This document shows positions 25,000-38,540 of a stretch of 64,000 nucleotides of DNA, piece after piece. Location of the stretch: the NCBI GenBank assembly GCA_038087875.1, contig JAXLNO010002697.1, positions 62,001 through 126,000 on the forward strand, in the 5' to 3' direction. Made by a program: the position numbers and the translations under genes. The notes under the pieces were generated by a model. That model was not told the origin of the DNA. It made no database searches and worked only from the letters and a program-made list of their open reading frames with translations. Positions within the stretch are counted from its first letter, which is position 1; the number at the start of each line of letters is the position of its first letter. The stretch comes from Malacoraja senta. Its lineage: Eukaryota.

Positions 25000-25270
25000 A
25001 GTTTAGTTTAGAGATACAGTGAGGAAGACCCTACAGCCCACCGTGTCTGCACCGACCAGCGATCCCCGCATTTTAACGCTACCCTACACACACTAGGGGT
25101 AATTTTACCTTTTATACCAAGCCAATTAACGTACAAACCTGTACATCTTTGGAGTGTGGGAGGAAACCGAAGATCTTGGAAAAAACCTACGCAGGTCAAG
25201 GGGAGAACGTACAAACTCCATATAGAAAAGCACTTGTAGTCAGGATTGAACCCAGATCTCTGGCACCATG
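25000..25270 (-). mobile_element. V-SINE
   Basis: Central domain and tail. Confidence 0.85.
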
Positions 25271-26514
25271 CCATCCTTCAGCAAGGTCCCACATGGGTGG
25301 CTGGTCCATTAGGTTGGAAAACATGGGATCCAGGGTGAGCTAGTCAATTGGACACAAAGTTGGCTTGGTGGTAGGAGTCAGAGAATGGTAGTGCAGGGTT
25401 GTTTTTTTACATAGGAAGCCTGTGACCAGTGGTATGCCTCAGGGACTGATGCTCTGATGTCATTCAGTCACACACAGTGCTCTCAGACTGATTAATGATT
25501 TCAATTTGCAGAAATGAAAGAGATGAAGGAAAGAGAGATAGAGCTGAGGGATGAGAGATGGAGAGATAAATAGATGGAGAGAGGTAGGGAGATAGAGAGA
25601 GATATATATAGTGAGATGGAGAGAGATGATAGATAGAGAGAGGGATAATGTGATTGATACTTGTTGAGAGCAGAGCTGAAAATAGGTGAGGTGCCCTTGG
25701 GAAACAGTGTGGAAACAGGATGTCTGGGGATGGCCAGTTTATAAATGGACTACACTATGAAGGAAAATAGATCAATGTTAAGAGTTCTCAAGCCAGATAA
25801 GCAAAACAAAGATGTGTTTTGTTATTCAGTCCATGGATGAGTGGCAACTTGAATTTCTTGATTTTCTTTTCAGAGTTCAGACCTTGGATTAGAGTCTATT
25901 GTGCAACAAATCAGCTGAGCCCCTGGACAGATTAATGGTTGCCTGTTCAACATTCTGTACAACTGTAACATGACACCCCAACCCTAGTCCTCAGTACCAT
26001 GGCTGAGGAAACAAGGCACAACATATACTCTGCGTAGGAATGAACAGCAGATGCTAATTTAAACCGAAGATAGACACAAAAAGCTAGAGAGACTCAGCGG
26101 CAATATTTCTGGAGAGAAGGAATGGGTGACGTTTTGGGTCGAGGCGATTCTTCAGACATATATTCCCTTCACTTCCCTATCAAACTATGATGCCATTTTC
26201 AGGGAATTATGTAATTGTACACCAAGGTACAGCTCCATTTACAATCCTGCAATAGATTTGGCCAGTCATGATTTGACTTCCCAAAATGCATCAAATCACA
26301 CTTATTTGAGTTAGTTTTCAACTGGCATTCCTTCCCTCCCTCACCTCCCATCCCCTCACCTCCATACCTTTCCGGTTGATCAACATTATTTTGTAATCTT
26401 AGACAACAATTATCATTACCTAATATACTTATCAATTTTGTTGTCAACTCTGGCAAAGAAGAATCCAAAGATACTTTATGTACATTCAAGAGTCAATATT
26501 GTTTTATTGTCATA

Positions 26515-27048
26515 CCAGACCAAGTGCAGATCGGGTCTGCTCCCCCAACGAAATATTCCAGCACTCATCCGTTCCCCCAACGCAACCCGTTTGGCTTAAA
26601 AAAACACTTTAATCATGAATAACCCGGTGGGGGGAGGGGGCAGGGGGTGTGGCACTCGGCAGCTTGAGAGCCCATCGTGATTGGTGCACTGGAGGGGGGT
26701 GGGGAGGGGGGAGGGAGGGTTGGAGCACTGGAGTGCCCGTCCCTCCTGGAGTGGCCCTGTCCTGCCTTGCGAGTGCATTGTGAAGTCACTCGGATTTTGT
26801 TTCCAAAATGGAAGAGTTTGAAGAAATGAGACTGTTTAAATTTTTTTTACGATTAATAACTTCGGAAATATAGGTGGAAATATGACGGGAAGATGTTTAT
26901 CGCCACCACGGGAAAAATGTGAGTACGACGTGTGAAAATGAGAAAGCTGTGGCCTAGCATTAGGAAGAAGATAGCAATTAACCAGATTGACACACACAGA
27001 GACACATCGTGGGCACAAACAAGCCAAAGACTTTTAGTTATATAGAGA
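26515..27048 (-). mobile_element. Helitron-like non-autonomous element
   Basis: 5' A|TC, 3' CTGG|T, no TSD; the flanks rejoin as gtcata+tgtcc of a host repeat. Confidence 0.7.
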
Positions 27049-27049
27049 T

Positions 27050-27520
27050 GTCCTAGATAGAACAATGACATTCTTACTTGCAGCAGCACAACAGAATATG
27101 TAAACATAGAACACTGTAAACAATATAAGAAACAAGAAATAAAAATATCTGGGTGTGTATATATACACATACTCACAAATACACATATATACAGATCATA
27201 TTCGTATATATATATCCACACACACACACTCATATGTACACACAAAAAACAAACAATAATGGTGCAACAATAACAATAATAGTCTATGTAGTTAAGAGCT
27301 TGTTTAAGGCTGTAGTGTTTAATAGCCTAAAGGCTGTAGGGTAGAAGTTATTCCTGAACCTGACGTTACAGTTTTAAGGCTCCTGTACCTTCTACCCTAT
27401 GGCAGGGGTGGTGTGGGTCTCTGATGATGCTTGCTGCCTTTTTGAGCTTCCTTCGATGGTAGGAAGGTCAGAACCCGTGATGGACTGGGCAGTGTTCACA
27501 AGTTTTTACAGTCTTCTTCA
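27050..27520 (-). mobile_element. L2-like LINE 3' fragment
   Basis: Resembles other L2 3' ends in the window (23750-24080, 41430-41690). Confidence 0.55.
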
Positions 27521-27589
27521 CTCCTATATTAAATGAATGAGGGTAACTTGATAAAGAATAAATCCACTCAGAAAATAAAAGCTGTCATC

Positions 27590-28510
27590 ACTGTGAGAAG
27601 CTGCATGAGATGAGCAAGATCTTCAATGAGTATTTCTCCCCTGTTTTTACTGTGGAGAAAGATTTGAAGATGAGGGAGCTTGCAACAGGAAATGGAGATG
27701 TCTGGAGGACAGTCCGTGTTATGGCCGATGATGTGCTGGACATCCTAAGACATATGAAAGTAGATAATTCACCCAGACCTGATCACATATATCTGAGGAC
27801 AATGTGGGGAGCTAGAGAAGAAATTGCAAGCGCCCTGACTGAGAGATATGAATCATTGTTAGACATGGGTGAGGTGCCGGATAACTGGAGGTTGGCAAAT
27901 GTTGTGCATCTATTTAAGAATGACTACAGGGCAAAACCTAGAAACTATAAATCAGTGGGCCTACAATCTGCGGTAGGTAAGTTACTGGACAGGATTCTGA
28001 GAGATGGGGTAAATATGCATTTGTAGAGACAAGGGCTGGTCAGCGTAGTTTCGGACGTGGGAGATCATGCATCGCCAATCTGGTAGTTTTTGGAAAAAGT
28101 AACCAAGAAGGTTGATGATGATAAGGTCATAGACATTGTACATATGGTCTTCAGCAAGGCCTTTGATAAGTTTCTGCATGGTAGGCTGCCCTTGATGATT
28201 AGAGCTCATGGCATTCAGGGAGAACTAGCTGCCTAACCAATGAATTAGGTTCATGGAAGGAAGCATAGGGTGATAGTGGAAGTGATTTTCACACAGGAGG
28301 CCTGTGACTAGAGGTGTCCCTCAGGGATCTGTGCTGGGCCCATTGCTGATTGTGGTTTATATGAGCAACTTAGATGAAAATGTGCAGCATGATTAGAAAC
28401 TTTGCAGATGACATTGACATAGTTGGTATCATAAACAGTGAACATAGTTATCAAAAATTACAGCTGGATCTTGATCAGTGAGACAAGTGGGCTGAAGAAT
28501 GGTTAATGGA
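27590..28510 (+). mobile_element. Degenerate CR1 ORF2 fragment
   Basis: FNEYFSPVFT...PRPDHIY...WRLANVVHLFK...NYKSV; frameshifts. Confidence 0.85.
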
Positions 28511-28519
28511 GCTTCCAGG

Positions 28520-29040
28520 CCTGACCTACTGACACTGTTGATCATGCCACCATCAGCCCACAAAGCTTCCAGGCCATGTTTGCCTCCAACCTTCACCTGT
28601 ACTCTAGTCCCTCGTGGGCCCATTGACTCCGCCGATCCTCACCTCGTCACCGGCCACCAGCCGGCCAAAGACATCAACTCACATGGTTTGCAGTCCCAGT
28701 TTTCGGCCATTGGCTGTTGGCCCCTACAATGTATGGTAGAGCTGTCTGGGATCCTTCCCCCCCCTGCGACTTACTTCTGATACAGACCAGTCAGTCTTGA
28801 ACAGAGGCCTTACCTTTGTACCCCTACACCCCCCACTTCAACGAGTTCAGGGCTTACCATGATGTAGAGCTCTTCTTCAGTTGCCTCCGCTTCCGAGCCT
28901 TTTTCTACGGGAAGGAGTCCTCACCTCCTGGTGAAAACACCGTCCTCCATATCCAACATTCCCCCTCCTCTTTGACCCCCTGTGCCGGCCTTCTACCCTC
29001 TCCCGACCTGTTTATTTCGAACTGCCGGCATGACATATCT
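28520..29040 (+). mobile_element. Penelope-like ORF N-terminal fragment
   Basis: RGLTFVPL...PHFNEFRAYHDVELFFSCLRFRAFFYGKESSPP...DLFISNCRHDI. Confidence 0.75.
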
Positions 29041-29852
29041 CTAAACCAAACTCAATTATGAACAAATGGTGATTCAATTCTAAGTCAGGATGGATCCCAG
29101 GTCAGGTTCTCACACATCTGCTGACCTTGTTGTTCTTGTGCTTGAGATGTTGAGTTTGGAATGTTCTGATGGGCTAGACGACACGTATCTGCAGTGTGTT
29201 TTGTCGCTGGTTAAAGCTTGTGGTGCAGTGAATAAACGAGGAAATGAAATTGAGCATTGTGCAATCAACAACAGACAATCACTTTTGACTTTATAATGGA
29301 AGGAAGGTCACTAAAGTCCCAGATCTTGATTACTGAGTACTCTACATTTTCCAGGCACCTAACATTGATTTACCTTGATTGGGTTACTTGGATCTGCATA
29401 AGGAATGGGAACAGCTTCAAACAATCTACTTGATTGTCGTTAATTAATTTTATTAATAATATCATAGAGTCATAGAGTGATACAGTTTGGAAACAGGTCC
29501 TTCGGCCCAACTCGCCCAACAATGTCCCAGCTACACTGGTCCCACTTGCCTGCGATTGGTCCATATCCACCCAAACCTGTCCTATCCATGTACGTCCAAC
29601 TGTTTCTTAAACAATAGCATAGTCCCAGCCTCAACTCCCTCCTCTGGCAGCTTGTTCCATAAACCCACCACCCTTTGTGTGAAAAAGTTACCCCTCGGAT
29701 ACCTATTAAATCTTTTCGCCTTCACCTTGAACCTATGTCCTCTGTTCCTGGGCAAAGTAATCTATGCATTGAATAACAGTTGATTGCGTTATCATTTCAA
29801 TGTGTGCTGATCTTTCAGGAAACGTTCCAAGTCAATCCATGTTCATCACACT

Positions 29853-29945
29853 CTGAAGAAGGGTTTCGGCCCGAAACTTTACCTATTTCCTTCGCTCCAT
29901 AGATGCTGCTGCACCCGCTGAGTTTCTCCAGCATTTTTGTGTACC
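29853..29945 (+). mobile_element. Penelope-like terminal repeat with hammerhead core (UUCG loop; stem III mutated)
   Basis: CTGAAGAAGGGTTTCGGCCCGAAACTTT. Confidence 0.6.
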
Positions 29946-30999
29946 TTCATCACACTCATAGTCACTTTGAGGTAACATTGGCAGGGCAGGTTGTCGCTTC
30001 TAGTAATCTTGATAAGGAATGTCTAGCCAAGTGTACAATGCTCAATTATTTCATAAAGTCAGATTCAAGTTAGGGCCGTGGACCAGTGTCTGTTCCATGC
30101 AAGATTAATCCTGATATTGTGAACTTTACACTAATACCAAATAATGTGGGCTAAACCCTGCAGCTCCAAACCAGTGCTGCCACCAAAGCAATAGGTTACA
30201 AGGTGAAGTTAAATCACTACATTGTTTACAACTTTGGAGTTTTGATTTATGCAAAATGTTAGTGGAAATGTGGTAACTCTTGTATTGTCTCAATGTAATC
30301 TATATTTCCTGTAGTCTTGTACTAAAGTATGATTGTGTATTGTAAATGTTTGACAGAACTGTATGCAAAAAGGAATTTCACTGAACCCAGGTATATGTGA
30401 CAATAAAGTACCATTGAACCATTGAATCAATGCACCCACTGTCACTTGAATACATAAGCAGGTTATAGTCAAGAATTATTTTAAAATTCATTTGCCCAGG
30501 TTTATGCACAGGTATGAAGTATTAATAGTCTCAGTTCAGTTTAGTTTATTGTGAAACAGTGAAAGCTGTTTACAGTGAAAAGCTTTTGTTGTGTGCTAAC
30601 CAGTCAGCAGAAAGTCAATACATGATTGTAATCGATCTGAAGATAGACACAAAAAGCTGGAGTAACTCAGCAGGACAGGCAGCATCTCTGGAGAGAAGGA
30701 ATGGGTGACGTTTCAGGTTGAGACTTTCTTCAATTCTTCTCTCCAGAGATGCTGCCTGCCCCGCTGTGTTACTCCAGCTTTTTTATGTCTATCTTCTGTT
30801 TAAACCAGTATCTGCAGTTCCTTCGTACACATTACAATCGATCCATTTACAATGTATCACAGCAACTGGAGAAAGAATCTCATCCTTTAATCCCATTTTT
30901 TCCCCTCAGTCCAACACACTGAACACAATGGAAATTAGCTGACTGACCGGAGATGTGTTCTCCATGACTTTGCATAACTCAAGCTGTGGAAGCTCTACA

Positions 31000-32530
31000 G
31001 AGCTGTAGATGTTGTGTACATGGATTTCAGAAAGGTATTCGAAAAGGTAGCATGGTAGGCTGCTCTGGAAGATTTGATCACATGAGATCCAAGGAGAGAT
31101 AGCTGAATGGATAGCAAATGGCTCCATGGAAGGAAGCAGAGGGTGATGGTGGAAGGTTGCTTCACTGATTGGAGGCGTGTGACTAGTGGTGTGACTCAGG
31201 GTTCGGTGCTGGGCCCGTTACTGTTTGTCATCTACATAATTGATTTGGATGATATAATGTGGGGCAAGATTAGCAAGGTTGCTGATGATACAAAAGGGAG
31301 TGGTTTTGCAGATAGTGAAGATGGTTGTGAACGATTGCAGGTAGACAATGGTTGTGAACGATTGCAGCAGGATCTGGATCGATTGGCCAGTGGGCTGAGG
31401 AATGGTTGATGGAATTTAATACAGAGAAGTGTGAGGTGTTGCTTTTTGGGACATCTAACACAGTAAATAGTCGGTCTCTGGGGAGTGTTGAGAGGAGAGG
31501 GATCTAGGAGTACAAGTGCAAGGTTCCTTAAAGGTCGAGTCATAGGTAGATAAGGTGGTCACAAAGGCTTTTGGCACATTGTCCTTCATCAGTCAGAATA
31601 ATGAGTACAGAAGTTGGGAGGTCATGTAGCAGTCATATAAGACATTGGTGAGACCGCATTTAGAATATTGTGTTCAGTTCTGGGCACCATGTTATAGGAA
31701 ATATGTTGTCAAGCTTGAAACTGGTCAGAAAATATTTACAAGGATGTTGCCAGGACTAGAGGGTGTGAGTTATAGGGAGAGGTTGAGTAGGCTGGGTCTC
31801 TATTCCTTGGAGCGCAGGAGGATGAGGGGTGATCTTGCAAGAGGTATACAAAACCATGAGAGGAATAGTTCGGGTAGATGCACAGAGTCTTTTGCCCAGA
31901 GTAGGGGAATCGAGGACCAGATGACATAGTTTCAAGGTCAATGGGAAAAGATTTAATAGGAATCCGAAGGGTAACTTTTTCACACAAAGTGTGGTGGGTG
32001 TATGGAACAAGCTCCCAGAGGAGGTAATTGAGGCTGGGACTATCCCCTCGTTTAAGAAACAGTTAGGCAGGTACATTAATATGACAGGTTTGGAGGGATA
32101 TGGACCAAAGGCAAGCAGGTGGGACTAGTGTAGCTGGGACATGTTGGCCGGTGTGGACAAGTTGGGCCGAAGGGCCTGTTCCCAAACTATATCACTCTAT
32201 GACTCCATAACTAAACCAGGGGCCACAGTCTTAGAATAAAGGGGAGGTCATTTAAGACTCGGGTGAGAAAAATCTTTTTCACCCAGAAGATTGTGAATTT
32301 ATGGAATTCCCTGCCACAGGGGGCAGTGGAGGCCAAATACTGGATGGATTTAACAGAGAGTTAGATAGAGCTCTAGGGGCTAGTGGAGTCAAGGGATATG
32401 GGGAGAAGGCAGGCATGGGTTATTGATAGGGGACGATCAGCCATGATCATAATGAATGGCGGTGCTGGCTCGAAGGGCCGAATGGCCTCCTCCTGCACCT
32501 ATTTTCTATGTTTCTATGTTTCTATGTTTA
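31000..32530 (+). mobile_element. Two adjacent CR1 3' fragments
   Basis: GVTQGSVLGPLLF, ADDTK and RPHLEYCVQFW motifs; two different 3' tails. Confidence 0.88.
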
Positions 32531-33080
32531 AAAATCATGGAAGGAAGGAGATAATTTTCATTGGAGATGGGTTGTATGATGTGAAAGTGTTCATCGAATG
32601 TAAAATTTCTGTTTGCATTTGACTAGGTCAGTTTATCTTGGCATTACATTTGGCATATACATTGTGGGCCAAAGGGTGAGTTCCTGACCTGTAATATTCT
32701 GTATCTGATAGTGTACAAAGCACACGTTCACCCTGCCTCTGTTCCTGTACCTCTTCTGACTGATCTGTTGGGCTGAGACTCCAGCCCCAACCTCTTACAC
32801 AATGTGAGATTTGTGGAATGACAAATACATTTCCATCACTTAGTGACTGGAGCACCTCGGGCACTGGGCCAAGTGTTTGCTGATAAACTGTCCACTATTG
32901 CCTGGGTTCTTGAGTGAACAAGGCACTCTTTCAATATCTTCTCAACTATCTAAAAGATCAAGTAACAGGGTGGAACGTAATTAATTCAATTTGAAGTTCA
33001 TATTTATGTTATAAAATTAGATATGATAAATATAGATTAATTGCATAAATGTAGCTGTCATTGATAAGCTTGATCTGTTC

Positions 33081-33276
33081 ACACCATTTTGAATCACTTG
33101 CCCGTTCAAAAATTCCTCCATTCACACCATTCTGAATCACATACCCCATTCAAAAATGTATCCACCAGCACCATTCTGAAGAACATCCCCATTCAAAAAT
33201 GTATCCACCAGCACCATGGTGAATCACATACCCCATTCAAAAAATTATCCATTCACACAATACTGATTCACATACC
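33081..33276. repeat. Minisatellite, about 43-bp unit, about 4.5 copies
   Basis: caccattctgaatcacataccccattcaaaaatgtatccaccag-like units. Confidence 0.85.
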
Positions 33277-34699
33277 AAATGTGCAGGAAGGAACTGCAGA
33301 TGCCAGTTTACACGGAAGACAGACACAAAATGCTGGAGTAACTCACAGGCAGTATCTCTAGAGAGAAGGAATGGGTGACATTGTGGGTCGAGACCCTACT
33401 TCAGACCAAGATGTGTTCAGATCCAATAGACTACTATTAAATTTTATAAGTTCACATTTCCATCCAAATCCCACTGACTCCCATTTCACAGTCAACAGCT
33501 CCATTCTCATTGACATGCGATTTACACATAGGCCAGGAGGATTTTCCCCCCCAATGGATCTCAACCCAAAACATCACCCATTCCTTCTATCCAGAGATGC
33601 TGCCTGTGCCTGTGAGTTACTACAACATTTTGTGTCTATCTTCGGCTTAAACCAGCATCTGCCGTTCCTTCGTGTACATTAAGAATGTTTTGAACTTGTT
33701 TAGCATGGTTTGAACTCATTGTTTGAAACAGAATTCATTAACATTGTCCAATAGGGAGAGTGAGTATTTCTTTAATAAATGCCCCAATTTGTTTGCTTTT
33801 CCTCGTGAAAGGCTGTGCTTGGTATTGGGTTTCCTGAATTCAACTGTAATCAATATCAGACTGACAGACAAAAAGCCTTGATCTCGCCATTAACTATGGG
33901 GTAACATGCAGTCTAGTTCAGGCTAGGCTGTGATGTCTCCCAGTAAATGGAAATAGCTCTCAAACATACCATATGAGAACTGATCTTCAAAGTTCAGTCA
34001 TGTGAGAAAGTTACTGTAGAGAGTGTGTCTACTTACAGCTAAAGCAGAACAAGAGGTCAGTGCACTTGTATCAGAGAAATTGATTAAAACATGTTTAAAT
34101 AACCTACGCCTTTCCAGAGAATGCCATCTTGTAACAAAAGGCCTGTTATCAATAGATTATGAGAGGTGGCTGTTGATTGAATTGAATTGAATACTTTATT
34201 GTCACATGTGACAAGGCTCAGTGACATTCTTTGCTTGCACACACAAGGCATGGAAATAGTTGCCCATAAAGGGCGCTTACAAAGTGACAAATTTCCATCC
34301 CCCCACGCCAGGTCCTCCTTTGTTCCTTCCCTCGGCAGCGGCGCCCTCAATTCCACGTCTCCATCCTCGTCCATCGGTAGGCGCCATCATCGACCGCCAC
34401 ACCGGCCTCTTCACTAACGCTGCCTGGTCCTCTCCGGACACCTTCGTGGCACCAACCCAAGCCCCCGCTGCGGGCTCCATCCACCCAGGCAAGAAGTAAC
34501 TGTGAGTTGTGTGCAAAACATTTTTTTCATGCGGTGTCAGCCACAGCATATCTCCATTCTCAGTCAGAGAGCCACGGGTCAATATCCCACCAAAGAAACA
34601 CCAGTGGATTCTAGTGCTATACAGGGCGTTCTGCAGAGATTGTTGCAATTTTATAACCACATGTTAAACCAAAATACTACCAGGCACAACTGGCAGAGC

Positions 34700-35262
34700 T
34701 GCTCCCTCAGTGCTAGAGAATATTGTGAGCAATTTTGGGCACTATATCTGAGAAAGGATGTGCTGGCTCTGGAGAGGGTCCAGAGGAGGTTTACAACAAT
34801 GATCCCAGAAATGAGTAGGTTAACCTATCATGAACATTTGTTAGCACTGGGCCTGTACTCTCTGGAGTTTAGAAGAATGGGGGGGGGCCTCATTAAAATC
34901 TACAGAATAGTGAATGGCTTGGATAGAGTGGATGTGGAGAGGATGTTTCCACTAGTGGGAGAGTCTAAGACTGGAGGCCATAGCCTCAGATTTAAAGGAA
35001 GTTCTTTTAGGAAGATGAGGAGAAATTTCTTAAGGCAGAGGGTGGCAAATCCATGGAATTTGTTGCCACAGAAGGCTGTGGAGGCCGTCAGTGGATATTT
35101 TTAAGTCGAAGATAGATAGATTCTTGATTGGTACAAGTGTCCAAGGTTATGGGGAGAAGGCAGGAGAATGGGGTGAGGAGGGAGAGATAGATCAGTAATG
35201 AATGAATGGTGGAGTGGACTAGATGGGCCAAATGGCCTAATTCTACACCCATTCCTTATGAC
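34700..35262 (+). mobile_element. CR1 3' fragment
   Basis: EYCEQFWALYLRKDVLALERVQRRFT. Confidence 0.88.
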
Positions 35263-36699
35263 CTGGCCTTGTTTCTGCCCTCAAGTACTGTCCATGTGGA
35301 GTTTGCACCTTCCCCCTGTGACTGCGCTGGCTACCTCCAGGTGCTCCAGCTTCCTTGTACACCACATGCTGGCTTGTTGTTTAATCGGCCTCCGTGAAGT
35401 CAAAATATGATGCATAAATGTGATAACACTGAACTGGTGTGAACGGATGGTCAATGACTGGTGTGGATTCGGTGGGCTGAATGGCCTGATATATATTTCA
35501 GCCCTCTAAAAAATAATCCCAAAACGTTATTTAAGGAATACAGGTTAATCCCAGAATCCTCATTGATATTTTTCTTGCAGTTGATACCACCGAAGAACAC
35601 AGATCATCTGTAGCTCATCACATTTCCCTTTGAATGAAAATTGAAAGCAGTGTTTGAGAGTGTCAGCTGTGAGGACAGGTTGGACAAACTTAGATCATTT
35701 GCTCTTGTGGAGTTGGAATATGAGGGGGATAAAGGACACCTGATGGAAGTATATATAATTATGAGAGACACAGAGTAGAGAGGAGTAAATCTTAAATGAT
35801 TTTTTACACAGAGAGTGGTGGGTGCTTGGAGCATGCTGTCAGAGGAAGTAGTGGAAACAGATATGATAGCAATGTTTAAAGGCATTTAAACAGGCATGTA
35901 TGTGGTACTGCCCTATGTTTTATGTTAACTAATAAATTGATTTTGACTGTCGCGCCACACAGTGGCTCTTTTATTTTTTATTTTTATTATTATCTTGTTT
36001 ATCTATTTATACTCTGTTTATGGGCCTGTTAGGCTGCTGCATGTAATAATGTAATTGTTCTGTTGTTGGAACATTTAATTAGACATTTCATTAAAGAAGC
36101 TTAACTCTCTTGTCTCTCTTGGGTCCTGACATGTGAACAGAGAGGAAATAAAGGGGTGTGTGGAAAGGAACAGCAGATGCTGGTTTAAACCAAAGGTAGA
36201 CACAAAAATCTTGAGTAACTCAGTGGGAAAGGCAGCATCTCAGGAGAGAAGGATTGGGTGATATTTTGGGTCGAGACCCTTCTTCAGTCTGGATAGACCA
36301 TGTGCAGGAAGATGGGGGCAAAGTTTGTAAAGGCAACATAGCCAGCACAGACATTGTGATGCTAGGGCTTGTCCCTGTGTCATCCTGCTCAATGTTCTTT
36401 GTTTATTCATTCAATAGTGTTTACTTTTCAAGAAATACTCAGTGGTTCTAAATGTTTTTAAAATGTTGTGAAAGGTTTTGCAAGAATGAATCTATATATT
36501 TTACTTTTTTCTCCGTTTTTCATATTCTGATTTACATTGTAAAGAATCTCATTGCGTACGCACACAGAAACCAACCAAACAGTATCATACTTCAAGGCCA
36601 GAGTTTATGTTGCACTTGAACCTGCAAACACCCTTGTTGGTATAACTTTATCAGTGTAACCATCTGTTGGCTTGTTACTTATTTGTTTACCGAGGCAGC

Positions 36700-37010
36700 T
36701 TGCTGTTAAATAAAGGTGTTATATTTACCCCAGCTTCTCACTATGTAGCAGATCCCCCCCCTTGTCAATCTTTTCCGAGAGTTTCCCTTCTTTATCTCTT
36801 TCCTTTGCTGCTACATTTTCCTTGATCTCCATTCCCTTTGTCCTGTTTTCACATCTTACACATCCTTATCTATACAGTTCCTTATCTATCGACCTCCCAT
36901 TCCCCTGACATCAGCCTGAAGAAGGGTCTCGACCCAAAATGTCACCCATTCCTTCTCTTCAGAAATGCTGCCTGTCCCGACGAGTTACTCCAGCATTTTG
37001 TGTCTATGTT
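36700..37010 (+). mobile_element. Penelope-like 3' UTR and terminal repeat with CpG-decayed hammerhead core
   Basis: CTGAAGAAGGGTCTCGACCCAAAATGTC at 36916. Confidence 0.65.
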
Positions 37011-37460
37011 CTGATTGGATCTCTTGTTGTTTCCTTGCATTCTTATTTTGATTGTCATTAAAGTTGTTGGCGTTGCCTGTACTGGATCCCACCCCTGGCC
37101 CAAGACAAGCAACAAGACACAATGACATAAAAGTTAACATAAACATCCACCACGGCAGAATCCCACATTCCTCACTGTGATGGAAGGCAAAAAAGTCCAA
37201 TCTTCTTTCTTTTTATTCTCCCGCGGTCGGGGCAGTGGAGCCATTGTCGGGGTGATCGAAGCTCCCGCAGCGGGCGGTTGAAGCACCTGCGTAGGGGCGA
37301 TTGAAGCTCCTGTGTCGGGGTGGTCGAAGCACCTGCAGCTTGGAACTCCCAAGGTCGGTCTCTGACCAGAGACCGCGAGCTCCGTGATGGTAACTCCGCA
37401 AGCACCCACAGTTGGAGCTCCGAGGTCGATCCCTGGCAAAGGGATCATGAGCTCCGTGAT

Positions 37461-38540
37461 CTTCTTCTTTTCGTGTCTTTGAAGCTGGTTGGCTATATGA
37501 CAGTTTCCCATTCCTTTACACAGTCCTTTGCATTTTTATTGAACACTGCAAGATACTTTGAGCTGCACTGGTTGGGTAGTAGGGGGAAGACAAGGCAGTG
37601 CTGCATTGTGTGGTCCTCTTCTCCACCTTCACAGGTGGTTTGGCCAGTTTCATAGCCCCATCTGGCCATGGCTTCCTTTGATCGCCCTGTTCCTGTTCTC
37701 AGGCGGTTGAGCGTCTTCCACTGGACCCATGGTGCTTCTGAGCCCGGAGGGAGGGCTTCAGAAGGAGGGATACCCATGTCAGTAGGAGGGGGGTCGTCCT
37801 CGAGCCTTTTTGTCCATTGTTGGAGTCTGGTTTCTTCCCGTGATGCTATTAGGGGCTGGACATGGCTGAGAAAGCTTCTCCTGGACTTCAGCCGTTGGGC
37901 CGGGGGTACACGTCCGTAGTGGAGGTGGCGTTCATCACTGGTGGCCTTGGTCATCTCTACTCGGCTGGCGACTTTCCGTCTCACATCAGCAGGGGCAATG
38001 CCAGCGAGGAGGTGCAGGTTTTTTATGTTGGTGGGCTTCAAGCAGCCAGTGATTGAGCGGCAGGTGTTATTCAACGCTGGGTCTAGTTTCTTGGCATGGG
38101 ATGATCTCTCCCAGACAGGACACGCATACTCCGCAGAGGAGTAGCACAGGGCCAGAGCAGTAGATCTTAATGTGTGAGCTGTGGCTCCCCATTTGGAGTT
38201 GGTCAGCTTCCGGAGGATGTTATTCCGGGAATTTACTTTGTTTGGTGTTTTTGACGTGTTCCTTATAGGAGAGAGTGCGATCCAGTGTTACACCGAGGTA
38301 GACAGGGTTGGTGCAGTGCTCAAGAGGTGTTCCAGACCATGTGATGTTAAGGGGTCTGTTTGCTTCCCGGTTCCTGAGATGGAACGAGCAGGCTTGGGTC
38401 TTCGCAGTGTTTGCGTGTAGGTGGTTGCGCTCGTAGTAGAGGTGTAGCTCATCTTTTTTTGGAGGAGGTGGTGGTTCACAGTGTCATACGCGGCAGACAG
38501 ATCAACAAAGACGGCTCCTGTCACCAGTCCTTTCAGGAAC
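37461..38540 (-). mobile_element. Vingi/Ingi-like LINE, 5'-truncated and internally deleted, TSD CCGTGAT
   Basis: DLSAAYDTV; NNTCRSITGCLKPT...LAGIAP; LNRLRTG; degenerate C-terminal zinc finger; (AAG)n tail; TSD at 37454-37460 and 38541-38547. Confidence 0.7.

Noticed and set aside
29090-29296. 68-aa ORF in unique sequence
   Set aside because: No recognisable motif or splice context; size expected by chance.
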